Shown piece by piece: positions 1 through 9,179 of a stretch of DNA of 64,000 nt; the stretch's first letter is position 1; every line of letters begins with the position of its first letter. The DNA comes from Bdellovibrionales bacterium. Its GTDB lineage: Bacteria > Bdellovibrionota > Bdellovibrionia > Bdellovibrionales > UBA1609. The stretch is taken from contig OZ241325.1 in NCBI GenBank assembly GCA_965200025.1, forward strand, positions 1,306,743 to 1,370,742, written 5' to 3'. Both the position numbers and the translations under genes were made by a program. The notes under the pieces are model-generated. The model was given only the letters and a program-made list of their open reading frames with translations, made no database searches and had not been told where the DNA came from.

Positions 1-1
1 T

Positions 2-301
2 TTTCGTGTGCATATTTGCCTGCTGGACCCACAAGACACACAAAGTTTTGAAAAAGCCCACACACTTTACCACTCCCTGTGGGAAAGTGGCATAGACAGC
101 TTCCTGGATGACAGAAAAAACCTCCCCCCCGGGGTCAAATTTAAAGATGCAGACCTTATGGGTTTTCCCCTCAGAGTTGATATAGGAAGCAGAAACAAAA
201 ACTCTGCCACACTGGTACAGCGAAAAACCAAAGAAAAAACAACACTCCCCCACGGGGAGGTCCTAAAAAAAATCACCTCTTTGCTTGAAACAGAAGTGTG
301 A
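2..301 (+). CDS. proS: prolyl-tRNA synthetase, C-terminal fragment (5' part outside window)
   Basis: The frame is open from the window edge. The tail ...[30 protein letters not shown]... matches the conserved C-terminal anticodon-binding end of bacterial ProRS. Confidence 0.8.
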   Translation, partial: FRVHICLLDPQDTQSFEKAHTLYHSLWESGIDSFLDDRKNLPPGVKFKDADLMGFPLRVDIGSRNKNSATLVQRKTKEKTTLPHGEVLKKITSLLETEV

Positions 302-371
302 TTTAGCCCTTTTTTTAGATTTTTTAAAAAAATCTTGCTTTCCAGAGGGCATTTCTTTAAGAAAAACCATT

Positions 372-566
372 ATGACAAAATATGAACTTTATCAAATTTC
401 TCAGGAAATACGACAAATCAGTCGCAGGCTTAAAATTTTGGACTCAGACAATCCCATTGAATGTCAACAAAGGGACAGGCTTTTGAATCGATGGGATTTT
501 TTGGACCACAAAGTGGCCATGGCTTTGAGAAAAGCTAAAAAACACCAGCTTCGCATTGTGGCCTGA
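372..566 (+). CDS. small hypothetical protein (64 aa, charged helical)
   Basis: ORF 285-566. I chose the internal ATG at 372 because the 285 start overlaps the proS tail. No recognisable family. Confidence 0.3.
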   Translation: MTKYELYQISQEIRQISRRLKILDSDNPIECQQRDRLLNRWDFLDHKVAMALRKAKKHQLRIVA

Positions 567-568
567 GG

Positions 569-1048
569 ATGTGCCTGATGAAACCATGGTTAATATGTAG
601 TTTGTTTTTTAGTGCAGCAGGTGTCTATGGGCAAACCAGTCCTGTGGTCCCTGTCTGTAAGAGGTCACTTATTGTTCAGAGAGCAATAACTTATAAGGGA
701 CTTTGTCTGGTCTTACATCCCTTGAAAGTATTGCTCTTTTTGATAGCAGGATAACGAAACTTCCGGAAGGTTTGTTTGAAGGATTAAACTCTCTTGAGGT
801 TATATCGTTTAACAGGATAGAACTAAAAAGCTTGCCGGAAGGAATATTTTCCGGACTTGTTCCTCTAAAGTGGGTTAGTTTAGCCAACAACAGGCTATCA
901 AACCTGCCTCCCGGCCTGTTCTCTGACACTGCTGTTCTTGGTTACCTTGATTTGCCGGGGCAATCCTTTGGAAAAGGAGGAGTTTACCCGTCTAAGAGAA
1001 GAATTATTGACTGTATACACCGATCCAGATTTAAACCTTCGCATGTAG
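569..1048 (+). pseudogene. leucine-rich-repeat (LRR) secreted protein interrupted by two compensating frameshifts
   Basis: A signal peptide (MCLMKPWLICSLFFSAAGVYGQ) lies in frame 2. LRR units (LTSLESIALFDSRITKLPEGLFEGLNSLEVISFNRIELKSLPEGIFSGLVPLKWVSLANNRLSNLPPGLF) lie in frame 1 from about 703. The LRR-like ending GNPLEKEEFTRLREELLTVYTDPDLNLRM-stop is back in frame 2 from 959 to 1048. The total span of 480 nt is a multiple of 3. Confidence 0.55.
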
Positions 1049-1198
1049 TTACCCCACCCCTGCCTTGTGACAGGTTCTGCACAGGGAGTGGCTTGCTTTT
1101 CTCACCCTGCCATGTTAGCATCCCACAGCTGGTACATAAAAGCGGCTTTAAAAGCATAACCGTGTTATAAAGGCCTGGTAAGGTCAAGGGGTTTTGAA

Positions 1199-2290
1199 GT
1201 GATGAAAAATACAAAAAAGCGTGTTCTGGTGGCCATGAGCGGTGGGGTGGACAGCAGTGTGGCGGCCCTGCTTCTTAAAAAGCAGGGCTATGATGTGGTG
1301 GGTATGACCATGCAGGTGTGGGATCACTCCCGCCCCTCTTCTGACATTCAGGAGGGTTATGGAACATGCTGCTCCAGCCTGGATGTGGAAGATGCCAGGG
1401 AAGTGGCAAAAAAACTCACCATACCTTTTTATGTTTTAAACTGTGAAGCCCGTTTTAAAGAACAGGTTATCAACAAATTTTTAAACTCTTATACGGAAGG
1501 CAAAACCCCCTCCCCCTGCGTGGATTGCAACACTTATTTAAAATTTGATCACCTGATAAAAAAAATGAAAGAGCTGGAATGCGATTTTTTGGCCACCGGG
1601 CATTACGCCCAAATCAAAAAAAGACATGGCAAGCACTTTATCTGTAAAAGCCAGGACGGATGGAAAGACCAAACTTACTTCTTATTCACCATCCCACCCC
1701 ATGTCTTACCCCGTTTGCTCTTCCCTGTGGGGGGAATAAACAAAGACGAAGTCAGAAAAATCGCCTTTCAGGAAGGCCTGAAAGTGGCCCGTAAAAAAGA
1801 TTCCACAGGGCTTTGCTTTATTGGCAAGTCGGGCTATGCAAAATTTATCAGAGAACAAATACCGGAAAAAAACCTTAAAGCAGGTCCCATAAAATTTTTC
1901 CCCTCCGGGGAAGTTATGGGGCAGCACACAGGGCTTTACCAATACACTTACGGGCAAAGAAAGGGCCTGGGGGTGGCCTCTTTACTCCCCCTGTATGTGG
2001 TAAAAATGGATATGGCCAAAAACACCTTATGGGTGGGGGAGGAAAAATCCCTTTACAGTAAAACAACAAAGCTCACCGATCTGCACTGGCTGGACGAAGT
2101 CCACGATGGGGAAGAGCTGGATGTTAAAATACGCTTTCATCACCAGCCATGCAAAAGCCGCTTCCACAAAGACTCCAAAGAGGGCGTGTGGCTGAAGTTT
2201 CAAACTCCGCAAAAATCTCTCACCCCCGGGCAGGCCGCTGTGTTATACAGAGGGGATCACCTTGTGGGGGGGGGACGTATTATTTCCTAA
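1199..2290 (+). CDS. mnmA: tRNA-specific 2-thiouridylase (tRNA 5-methylaminomethyl-2-thiouridine synthesis)
   Basis: PP-loop motif VLVAMSGGVDSSVAA, conserved CCS/CVDCN cysteines, and typical length of 363 aa. Confidence 0.95.
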   Translation: MMKNTKKRVLVAMSGGVDSSVAALLLKKQGYDVVGMTMQVWDHSRPSSDIQEGYGTCCSSLDVEDAREVAKKLTIPFYVLNCEARFKEQVINKFLNSYTEGKTPSPCVDCNTYLKFDHLIKKMKELECDFLATGHYAQIKKRHGKHFICKSQDGWKDQTYFLFTIPPHVLPRLLFPVGGINKDEVRKIAFQEGLKVARKKDSTGLCFIGKSGYAKFIREQIPEKNLKAGPIKFFPSGEVMGQHTGLYQYTYGQRKGLGVASLLPLYVVKMDMAKNTLWVGEEKSLYSKTTKLTDLHWLDEVHDGEELDVKIRFHHQPCKSRFHKDSKEGVWLKFQTPQKSLTPGQAAVLYRGDHLVGGGRIIS

Positions 2291-2310
2291 AACCATAAAG
2301 AAAAACCAAT

Positions 2311-3654
2311 ATGCTGTATTCCATAAAAACTTTTGGGTGTAAGGTAAACACTTACGACACAGCTCTTCTTCAAAAGCATCTGGAGGAAAAGGGTTTTAAA
2401 AGAATGGACAAAGGTTGTGTTTCCAAAGACTCACCGGATGTTCATATCATCAACACATGTGCTGTGACACAACAGGCTGTTCAGGAGGCCAAACGCTGGA
2501 TTCGAAGGCAGCACAGAAAACACCCCCACAGTTCTTTGGTGGTCACCGGGTGTGCGGCCCAGGTGGAAACAGAACAATTTACACAGCTTAAAGAAGTGGA
2601 TCAAATTATTGCCAACTCCCACAAACACAGGCTGGCCCACTTGTTACCCGCCCCTTCTTCTCCCCACCAAAGAAACAAAGAAACCACACCGGTATTTAAA
2701 TCCTCCATTTTTAAAGTTTCAAACATGGGGCTTGGAGGAGGGGTGGAAAGCCAGCATTCCCGCCTGTTTTTAAAAATACAGGATGGATGCAACAGTTTTT
2801 GTACTTTTTGTGTTATTCCTTTTGCCAGGGGAAAAAGCAAAAGCCTGCCATGTAAAGATCTCATCGATTCTGTTAACAGGCATTATGACCAGGGGGTAAG
2901 AGAACTGGTACTCACCGGGGTTCATATTGGAGATTACCGCATGCCGGAATCCCCTGCCAGGGGACTTAAGTCTTTGGTGGAGGCTTTATTAAAAAAAACA
3001 CAAATGCCCCGCATACGACTCTCCAGTCTGGAACCACCGGAACTCACCGAAGAGCTTTTAGACCTTTACCACTCTGAAAGAATGTGTCCCCACTTTCACC
3101 TCAGTGTGCAAAGCTTAAGCTCCCCTGTTCTTAAACACATGAAGAGAACTTATCAGGCCAGGGATGTCACCAAAGCCCTTCAAAACATTTACAGGCAACA
3201 CCCCAGGGCTTTTGTGGGGATGGATGTGATTGCCGGGTTTTCCGGAGAGGGAAAAAAAGAATTTGAAGACACTTACTTTCGCCTGAAAGACAACCCATGG
3301 ACCAAAATCCATGTCTTTCCCTATAGCTCAAGACCACACACTTACGCTTCAAAAAAACTTCCCACTCTTCCTCAGGCCACTGTGGTGAAAAGAGCCAGCC
3401 TGCTCAGGCACTTAAGCCAGCTTCGCTATGAAAAAGCAGGTTTCAAACAAACCGGCTGTGTGAAAACCGTGCTTCCTTTAAAATACCGTTCCCCGGCACC
3501 CCACATAAGGCAGGGCTTAAGTAAAGATTTTTGGAAAATCCAGTGGAAGTCTGAACTTCCCCCGGATTACACCAAAGAATACCAGGTGCTGATCCACTCC
3601 TTTGACTCTCAAAAAGAAAGCCTGCTTGGAGAACCAAAAATGCCCTCTCTTTAA
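2311..3654 (+). CDS. radical-SAM methylthiotransferase, MiaB/RimO/MtaB family (MtaB-like)
   Basis: N-terminal UPF0004 motif TFGCKVNTYD and the radical-SAM cluster CNSFCTFCVIP. 447 aa. Confidence 0.8.
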   Translation: MLYSIKTFGCKVNTYDTALLQKHLEEKGFKRMDKGCVSKDSPDVHIINTCAVTQQAVQEAKRWIRRQHRKHPHSSLVVTGCAAQVETEQFTQLKEVDQIIANSHKHRLAHLLPAPSSPHQRNKETTPVFKSSIFKVSNMGLGGGVESQHSRLFLKIQDGCNSFCTFCVIPFARGKSKSLPCKDLIDSVNRHYDQGVRELVLTGVHIGDYRMPESPARGLKSLVEALLKKTQMPRIRLSSLEPPELTEELLDLYHSERMCPHFHLSVQSLSSPVLKHMKRTYQARDVTKALQNIYRQHPRAFVGMDVIAGFSGEGKKEFEDTYFRLKDNPWTKIHVFPYSSRPHTYASKKLPTLPQATVVKRASLLRHLSQLRYEKAGFKQTGCVKTVLPLKYRSPAPHIRQGLSKDFWKIQWKSELPPDYTKEYQVLIHSFDSQKESLLGEPKMPSL

Positions 3655-3759
3655 AAGAGACTGTTCATAAGCCAGTTTATAGCTTGTTTTGCTTAAACCC
3701 TCCTATAGTCAGGAATCTTAGAACAAAGCAGCCTCTTTATTGACACCCCCCTCTGGAAA

Positions 3760-4509
3760 GTGCAAAAAAAACTCATGAATACCAAAAAAAAATTACAGAC
3801 ATGGTTCAGTAGAATCAGAGGTAAAAACTTCTGCGATTTGGAAAACCAGATCGGCTACCGGTTTAAAAACCAGAATCTAAAAAACATGGCTTTAACCCAT
3901 AAGAGCATAACAGGCCGTGAGAGGGTGGAAGAACATAACGAAAGGCTGGAATTTTTGGGAGATTCTGTTTTTGACCTGTGTGTGAGTGATTTGCTGATGA
4001 ATAAGTACCCTGAGGCCGACGAGGGGGATTTATCCAAAATGAGATCCTCTTTGGTGAATACGGAGGAGTTGGCCAACCTGGCTCTTTCCATAAAACTGGA
4101 TCAGTATTTAAAATTAAGGGTTCCGGAAGAACAGGAACGGGAGCAGCTCACACCCCGCCTTTTAGCCTGTGTCATGGAGGCTTTGATAGGAGCTGTGTAT
4201 AAAGATGGCGGCTTTACAAAGACACAAAAAGTCATCACCCGCCTTTTAAATCCCCGAATTAACAAAGGTATTATAAACAGGGACTACAAGAGTATTTTAC
4301 AGGAATTTACACAAAAAAAGTTTCGAAAAATTCCCTCATACAACATTGTCCATATCAAAGGCCCCCCTCATGATAAAGTGTTTCTTATGGAGGTTAAGGT
4401 GGGGGTGAAGTCCCTGGGCGAGGGGGAGGGCAAAAGCAAAAAACAGGCCACTCAGTCAGCAGCCCTTCAGGCTTTAAAAAAACTGGCTGTTATACCCTAT
4501 CTCAGGTAA
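3760..4509 (+). CDS. rnc: ribonuclease III
   Basis: RNase III signature NERLEFLGDSV and a C-terminal dsRBD ending GEGKSKKQATQSAA. The exact start is uncertain because several in-frame Met codons exist. Confidence 0.9.
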   Translation: MQKKLMNTKKKLQTWFSRIRGKNFCDLENQIGYRFKNQNLKNMALTHKSITGRERVEEHNERLEFLGDSVFDLCVSDLLMNKYPEADEGDLSKMRSSLVNTEELANLALSIKLDQYLKLRVPEEQEREQLTPRLLACVMEALIGAVYKDGGFTKTQKVITRLLNPRINKGIINRDYKSILQEFTQKKFRKIPSYNIVHIKGPPHDKVFLMEVKVGVKSLGEGEGKSKKQATQSAALQALKKLAVIPYLR

Positions 4510-4553
4510 AAGCAACAAGTTAGGTGGAGGAGTGCTTCCCTCCACAGGGAATT

Positions 4554-5879
4554 ATGATGAAAAAAGTTTTAATTTTGGGCCGGCCCAATGTGGGAAAATC
4601 CTCTCTGTTTAACCGGCTGATACGAAAAAAAAAAGCACTGGTCATCAATCAACCGGGAGTCACCAGGGATATTTTAAAAGCAAAAGCCTCCTGGTGGGGA
4701 AAAGAATTTGAAGTGTGGGACTCCGGCGGCCTGTGGATGAAAACCCCAATGTGGAACAAATCCATACAGCTGCAAGTGGAAGGGGCTGCCTCAAAAGCGG
4801 ATCTTTTGATCTTGGTTATGGACGGAAGAGCAGGCCTTACCGGGGAGGACAAACAAACTTTAAAACTGGTTAAAAAATCGTCAAAACCTTTTTTGGTTTT
4901 GGTCAACAAAGTGGATGACTTAAAACAAACCGACCTCCTTTTAAGTGATTTTTATCAGCTGGGGGTAAGTATTCTTCCCTGTGCCTTTGAAAAAGACAAA
5001 GGAATAGTGGAAACCATAGAGTGGATTTTGCCCTTTTGCCACGCGTCCCCTCTCCCCTCAGGAGCATCTGTCCGCTCAAAAAACATTTGTGTTTTTGTGA
5101 TTGGAAAAACCAATGCCGGAAAAAGCACCCTGTGTAACGCCTTACTCAGGCAGGAACGAATGCTCAGCTCGCCGGAGGCCGGCACCACCACAGATGTCGT
5201 GGAGGAAACACTGACTTTTAAAGATCAAACCTTCACACTGTGCGATACCGCGGGATTAAGAAAGGCTGCCACCCTGAAAAGCAAAACAGAAGATCTTTCT
5301 CTTTTTAAAACCCACCAAAATTTTAAGCAGGCCCATCTGGCATGGCTTTTAATGGATGCTTCACTGCCAGAAGGTCCCGGTCGCCAGGAGGCCAGACTTC
5401 TGAAAATGTGCATTGAACAACACAAAACTGTTATCATGGTTGTCAGTAAATGGGACAAAGCTTTAAAAACCACCACAAAAGATCAGCTCCGAAAGCAAAT
5501 TCAGGAGTGTTTTCACTTTTACCCGGATTTACCGGTGGTTTTCACCAGTGCCTTAAACCAAAAAGGTCTTCACACTCTTTTAAGCACCACTTACCGGATT
5601 TATACAAAGATGGGTTTTCGTGTTTCCACAGCGGTGCTTAACCGGTTTTTTAATCGTATCACACACACTTCCCCGGCTCCTGTTTATGGCTCAAAAGATG
5701 TCAAATTTTATTACCTGACACAAAAACATGGGACACCTCCCTCTTTTATTGTCTTTGCCAACCACCCGGAGGGGGTCAGACCCGCTTACCGGCGGTTTCT
5801 TATTCGAAGCATTCAAAAACAATGGAACTTACAGGGCATTCCCATCCGCATAAACATTCTTCCCAAAAACCGGGTTTAA
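4554..5879 (+). CDS. der: ribosome-biogenesis GTPase Der (EngA), double GTPase domain
   Basis: Two G1 motifs (GRPNVGKSSLFN and GKTNAGKSTLCN) plus a KH-like C-terminus. The start is set at MMKKVLILG; the ORF track begins at 4524. Confidence 0.9.
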   Translation: MMKKVLILGRPNVGKSSLFNRLIRKKKALVINQPGVTRDILKAKASWWGKEFEVWDSGGLWMKTPMWNKSIQLQVEGAASKADLLILVMDGRAGLTGEDKQTLKLVKKSSKPFLVLVNKVDDLKQTDLLLSDFYQLGVSILPCAFEKDKGIVETIEWILPFCHASPLPSGASVRSKNICVFVIGKTNAGKSTLCNALLRQERMLSSPEAGTTTDVVEETLTFKDQTFTLCDTAGLRKAATLKSKTEDLSLFKTHQNFKQAHLAWLLMDASLPEGPGRQEARLLKMCIEQHKTVIMVVSKWDKALKTTTKDQLRKQIQECFHFYPDLPVVFTSALNQKGLHTLLSTTYRIYTKMGFRVSTAVLNRFFNRITHTSPAPVYGSKDVKFYYLTQKHGTPPSFIVFANHPEGVRPAYRRFLIRSIQKQWNLQGIPIRINILPKNRV

Positions 5880-7813
5880 GTTTTTTCCATTTTTTTAAAA
5901 AGAAGAACCACTTTTTGCTTTAAAGATTTAAGCTCCCTCCGGGTGCAGAGCTTTTGTGTTTCTTTGGCAGGGGAAAAACCCATTTTTTCCAGCTGAAGGG
6001 CCAGCTCTTTGATTTCCGCTTCATGGCGAAGTTTTAAATGCAGGGGAAGTTTTTGAATTAAAGAACTTAAACTGTGGGAAGGTACAAAATGCTCCGTATA
6101 GGCTGTTATATTCTCCGAAGAGGTGTTAAGGGAAAGGTCCGGGTGAGTGAGCTCAGAAAGAAACACATAAATTAAGCGGCAAAGATCCTGGCTGGCCTCT
6201 TTATATTGTTTTTTTTGTATTTTTTTATCCACCTCTTTAAGTGATGCATCCACTCTCATATAAGCATGAGATTTTTTTACCCCTTTGCGGATCCACAGCA
6301 CCAAAAACACAACCAACAGGATGAAAAAAGCAAGCAACCACAACATGTTTGTGTTTTTAAAAAACCAGGAGGGAGGCTGAAAACCCTGAAGAGGGTTTGT
6401 CATCTGTGAGTTGTCCCTCTTCTGAGACACAGGAGGGGTTTTTGCCGACTGGTCAGGAGGTAAAGCAGGTTTTTCCCCCTCCAAAGGTTGCTGGGGGGAA
6501 GGCAAAAAAGCACTGACCTCTTTTTTATTTGTGGGTAAAGAAGTTCTTTCTTGCTTTTTATTATCTGTAACAGGAATAACAAACTGAGGAAGGATGTGGG
6601 TTTTATACACAGCCAAACCGGGATCAAAGGTGCTGAGTTCAAAAGGCGGGATTTTTAAATCCCCCACTTCCCGGGCTATCAGTATCACCTCAAAATCTTT
6701 TTGACTGGCTTTTAAATCAAATTGAGAGGTTTCTGTGGTGTCATAAACCTTCCATGCCGGGCCAAAAGGCAAAGCAGGGAGCTTTATCAGCCGGGGATGC
6801 CCTTGCCCTTTAAAACGAACTTTGTAAATTAAAGGATCCCCTTTGGTTAAAGTTCCCCCTTTAACATGTGCAGAGAGGGTAAAATCCCCCACAGTGCCTG
6901 TAAAAAATTTGGTTTTTCCCTTTTCTGGCAGGGGTAAAACAACAAGGCTGCCTTCAGAGCTTTGCCTTTCCACCGAAGAAGAGGAGGGGAAAAAAGCCCT
7001 GGCTCTAAAACGGGCTTTTAAAGCACCTGTTTTTAAAGTGCCCGAACGCAAAGGGAAGGCCGCCACCGAGTAAAGCTCTTCTTTGAGGTAGGTTTTGCCT
7101 TGTTTTTCCTCATATTGGGGTTGGATAAACAAAGGGGAGGATCGGGGTGTGGGGCTTTCCAACCAAAAATCGTTCAGCACGGGGGGATTTTCCACACTAA
7201 AATTGAAAATCCGCCCCTGGCCTTTTTCTCTCAGCAGATAAGCAAACCACCGGAGAAGGATCATCTCCCCCACATAAAGTTTTTTATTGTTAAAATGAAA
7301 ATCCACAAACAAATCCTTTTTCCCGGGATTTCCCAACGGCGGGGAGGGGGAAAAAGGGGAAAAGGGATCAGCTTCAAAAAAAGGGGAAAAAAAACCTTTA
7401 AAACCCCCTGGGGAAGAAGGGGGGGGCTTAATCCGGGAGGACACCTCCACCCTCAGCTCTTCTGTTTTATGTTCTTTTCCATCAATAGTGATTTTTATGG
7501 GGCCAATACTTAACCCGCCCTCTTTTTTGGCCTTCAGCCTGTAATGGTATTTTTTTGTGCTTTTTGAAAAACCAGATTGAATTTGATAGCTTTGCGACAC
7601 ACTCTCGCTTTCCATGTGAAAATCCGGCAGGGGGGGTAAGACAGGACCCAGGATCTCAGGACTGCCTTCGTATTCAATAACAAGGGTAAGAGTTAAAGAA
7701 GCCTGGGGCGGAAGGGCTTTGGGTACCACCTCTGCACGCACACTGACCTGTGCAGAAAGAAAAGAGCAAAACCCTGAAATCAGCATCAGGGTTAAAAACA
7801 AACACCACTTCAT
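5876..7813 (-). CDS. BatD-like (oxygen-tolerance family) membrane-anchored protein
   Basis: A signal peptide is followed by repeated Ig-like segments of BatD type (PIKITIDGKEHKTEELRVEV), then one late TM helix (LWLLAFFILLVVFLVLWI) and a cytoplasmic helical tail. Confidence 0.55.
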   Translation of the reverse strand: MKWCLFLTLMLISGFCSFLSAQVSVRAEVVPKALPPQASLTLTLVIEYEGSPEILGPVLPPLPDFHMESESVSQSYQIQSGFSKSTKKYHYRLKAKKEGGLSIGPIKITIDGKEHKTEELRVEVSSRIKPPPSSPGGFKGFFSPFFEADPFSPFSPSPPLGNPGKKDLFVDFHFNNKKLYVGEMILLRWFAYLLREKGQGRIFNFSVENPPVLNDFWLESPTPRSSPLFIQPQYEEKQGKTYLKEELYSVAAFPLRSGTLKTGALKARFRARAFFPSSSSVERQSSEGSLVVLPLPEKGKTKFFTGTVGDFTLSAHVKGGTLTKGDPLIYKVRFKGQGHPRLIKLPALPFGPAWKVYDTTETSQFDLKASQKDFEVILIAREVGDLKIPPFELSTFDPGLAVYKTHILPQFVIPVTDNKKQERTSLPTNKKEVSAFLPSPQQPLEGEKPALPPDQSAKTPPVSQKRDNSQMTNPLQGFQPPSWFFKNTNMLWLLAFFILLVVFLVLWIRKGVKKSHAYMRVDASLKEVDKKIQKKQYKEASQDLCRLIYVFLSELTHPDLSLNTSSENITAYTEHFVPSHSLSSLIQKLPLHLKLRHEAEIKELALQLEKMGFSPAKETQKLCTRRELKSLKQKVVLLFKKMEKT

Positions 7814-7840
7814 CGGCCTGAAAAAAACAAAGCCCCCCTG

Positions 7841-8086
7841 TCAGTCTATTTCAAAAGGAACAGCTGATATTTGTGAGGGAAAACCAAAACCATCATAAGC
7901 CACTGTGCTGGAAGGTATTAAAGACAAAGCTCTGGCTTTTTTGACAGCCTTTTTCAGCTGCCTTTGCTGAGAGTGCATCAGACCTGTTAAACGGGCCGGG
8001 TGAATTTTACCTCCCTCTGTAATAAACTGATACAAGGTCAAAGGGGATTTGTAATCCAACTTGACCGGCCTGCGGGCAGCCTTCAT
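7841..8086 (-). CDS. rpsR: 30S ribosomal protein S18
   Basis: The motif KLDYKSPLTLYQFITEGGKIHPARLTGLMHSQQRQLKKAVKKARALSLIP matches the S18 core. An alternative upstream start lies at 8104. The usual rpsF/ssb/rplI partners are not adjacent. Confidence 0.8.
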   Translation of the reverse strand: MKAARRPVKLDYKSPLTLYQFITEGGKIHPARLTGLMHSQQRQLKKAVKKARALSLIPSSTVAYDGFGFPSQISAVPFEID

Positions 8087-8281
8087 AAAAACACCTCCTT
8101 GCAAGGGTAAAAAAACATTTTAGTCACACTTTAATTGTCAAACACAGGATGTTTATCAGCTTACCAAAAAAAAAACAAGAAAAAAATCACCCTGAAGCCC
8201 GCATTCTTTACTTGCTTATTTGTTTTTTTTCTTATAGGCTTGCTTTTTTTCTGGCAAAACTGACCTTAAAGGAGCTAAAAA

Positions 8282-8578
8282 ATGTCCCGTTGTGAGCTGA
8301 GTGGTAAAAGGCCTGTGGTCAAAAATCTGGTTTCCCACTCCAATATTAAAACAAAGTCCAGGGCTTTTCCCAATGTCCATCTGAAGACTTTTTTTAGCCC
8401 CGGATTAAAAAGAACTTTTCGCCTGAAGGTGGCGGCCTCCACCCTCCGGTCCATCGACAAAGCCGGGGGGATTGATTTTTTTCTCATCAAACAAAGCAAA
8501 AAGTCTCTTTCCCCTGCTGCCTTAAATTTCAGAAAGAAGCTGGAAAAACTCATGCACAAAAAGGGGAAAAAACCTTGA
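8282..8578 (+). CDS. rpmB: 50S ribosomal protein L28
   Basis: MSRCELSGKRPVVKNLVSHSNIKTKSRAFPNVH is the L28 N-terminal signature. Confidence 0.85.
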   Translation: MSRCELSGKRPVVKNLVSHSNIKTKSRAFPNVHLKTFFSPGLKRTFRLKVAASTLRSIDKAGGIDFFLIKQSKKSLSPAALNFRKKLEKLMHKKGKKP

Positions 8579-8847
8579 AACTCAAAATAAAAAAAGGGGA
8601 CGAGGCCCAGGTTGTGGCAGGCTCAGAAAAAGGCAAAACAGCCCAGGTAATTCAGATCAACCGCCACCTCTTAAAGATACGTCTCAGGGGGGTAAAAATT
8701 CAAACCCACTTCGATAAAAAAAACGGCATTCAAAAAAAAGAGGGATGGATAGACTACTCCAATGTCAAGCTGGTGCGTTCTGCCAAAAAACCAACCAAAA
8801 CAACCCCCTCTCCTGCGGAAAGCAACAAAGCAACCAAAAGCCCGTAA
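8575..8847 (+). CDS. KOW-domain protein resembling 50S ribosomal protein L24
   Basis: The sequence IKKGDEAQVVAGSEKGKTAQV...GWIDYSNVKLV parallels L24 (KKGD.V.VI.GKDKGK.G.V ... I..SNV). The TTG start overlaps the rpmB stop (TTGA). A K/T/P-rich tail follows. Confidence 0.55.
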   Translation: MKLKIKKGDEAQVVAGSEKGKTAQVIQINRHLLKIRLRGVKIQTHFDKKNGIQKKEGWIDYSNVKLVRSAKKPTKTTPSPAESNKATKSP

Positions 8848-8902
8848 TTTTTAAATCTTATGGGGGAAAGCCCTCACACACACCCTTCAGGGGGATAAAA
8901 AA

Positions 8903-9178
8903 ATGCACCACCACCACCTTAAAAACCAGTTGAAAAGTGGGTTTTTGTGCCTTTTGGGGATGGGGGGGGCTTTACTGCTTTTGGCCTTTGCAGACCAGGG
9001 GGTCCTGCCTGATGCACAACAAAGCCCGCAAAAACTGGAAGTGAAAAAAAACTTTCCCCGGTACCCTGTTTATTTTCCTTACCAAAAAGTGGCAGAGGAG
9101 GTTTATGAGGAACTTCTTAAGGAAAAGGAAAAAGAAAAACCAAAGACCTCAGAAGAGCCAGGGCCTCCCCCCTCTTAA
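8903..9178 (+). CDS. small hypothetical membrane/secreted protein
   Basis: An ORF with one hydrophobic segment (FLCLLGMGGALLLLAF) and a KE-rich tail. No recognisable family. Confidence 0.3.
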   Translation: MHHHHLKNQLKSGFLCLLGMGGALLLLAFADQGVLPDAQQSPQKLEVKKNFPRYPVYFPYQKVAEEVYEELLKEKEKEKPKTSEEPGPPPS

Positions 9179-9179
9179 A

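Noticed and set aside
9105-9179. N-terminal extension of bioA (MRNFLRKRKKKNQRPQKSQGLPPLK) given in the ORF track
   Set aside because: It overlaps the preceding small ORF. It is a basic low-complexity stretch not found in BioA, and the BioA-like sequence begins at ATG 9180.
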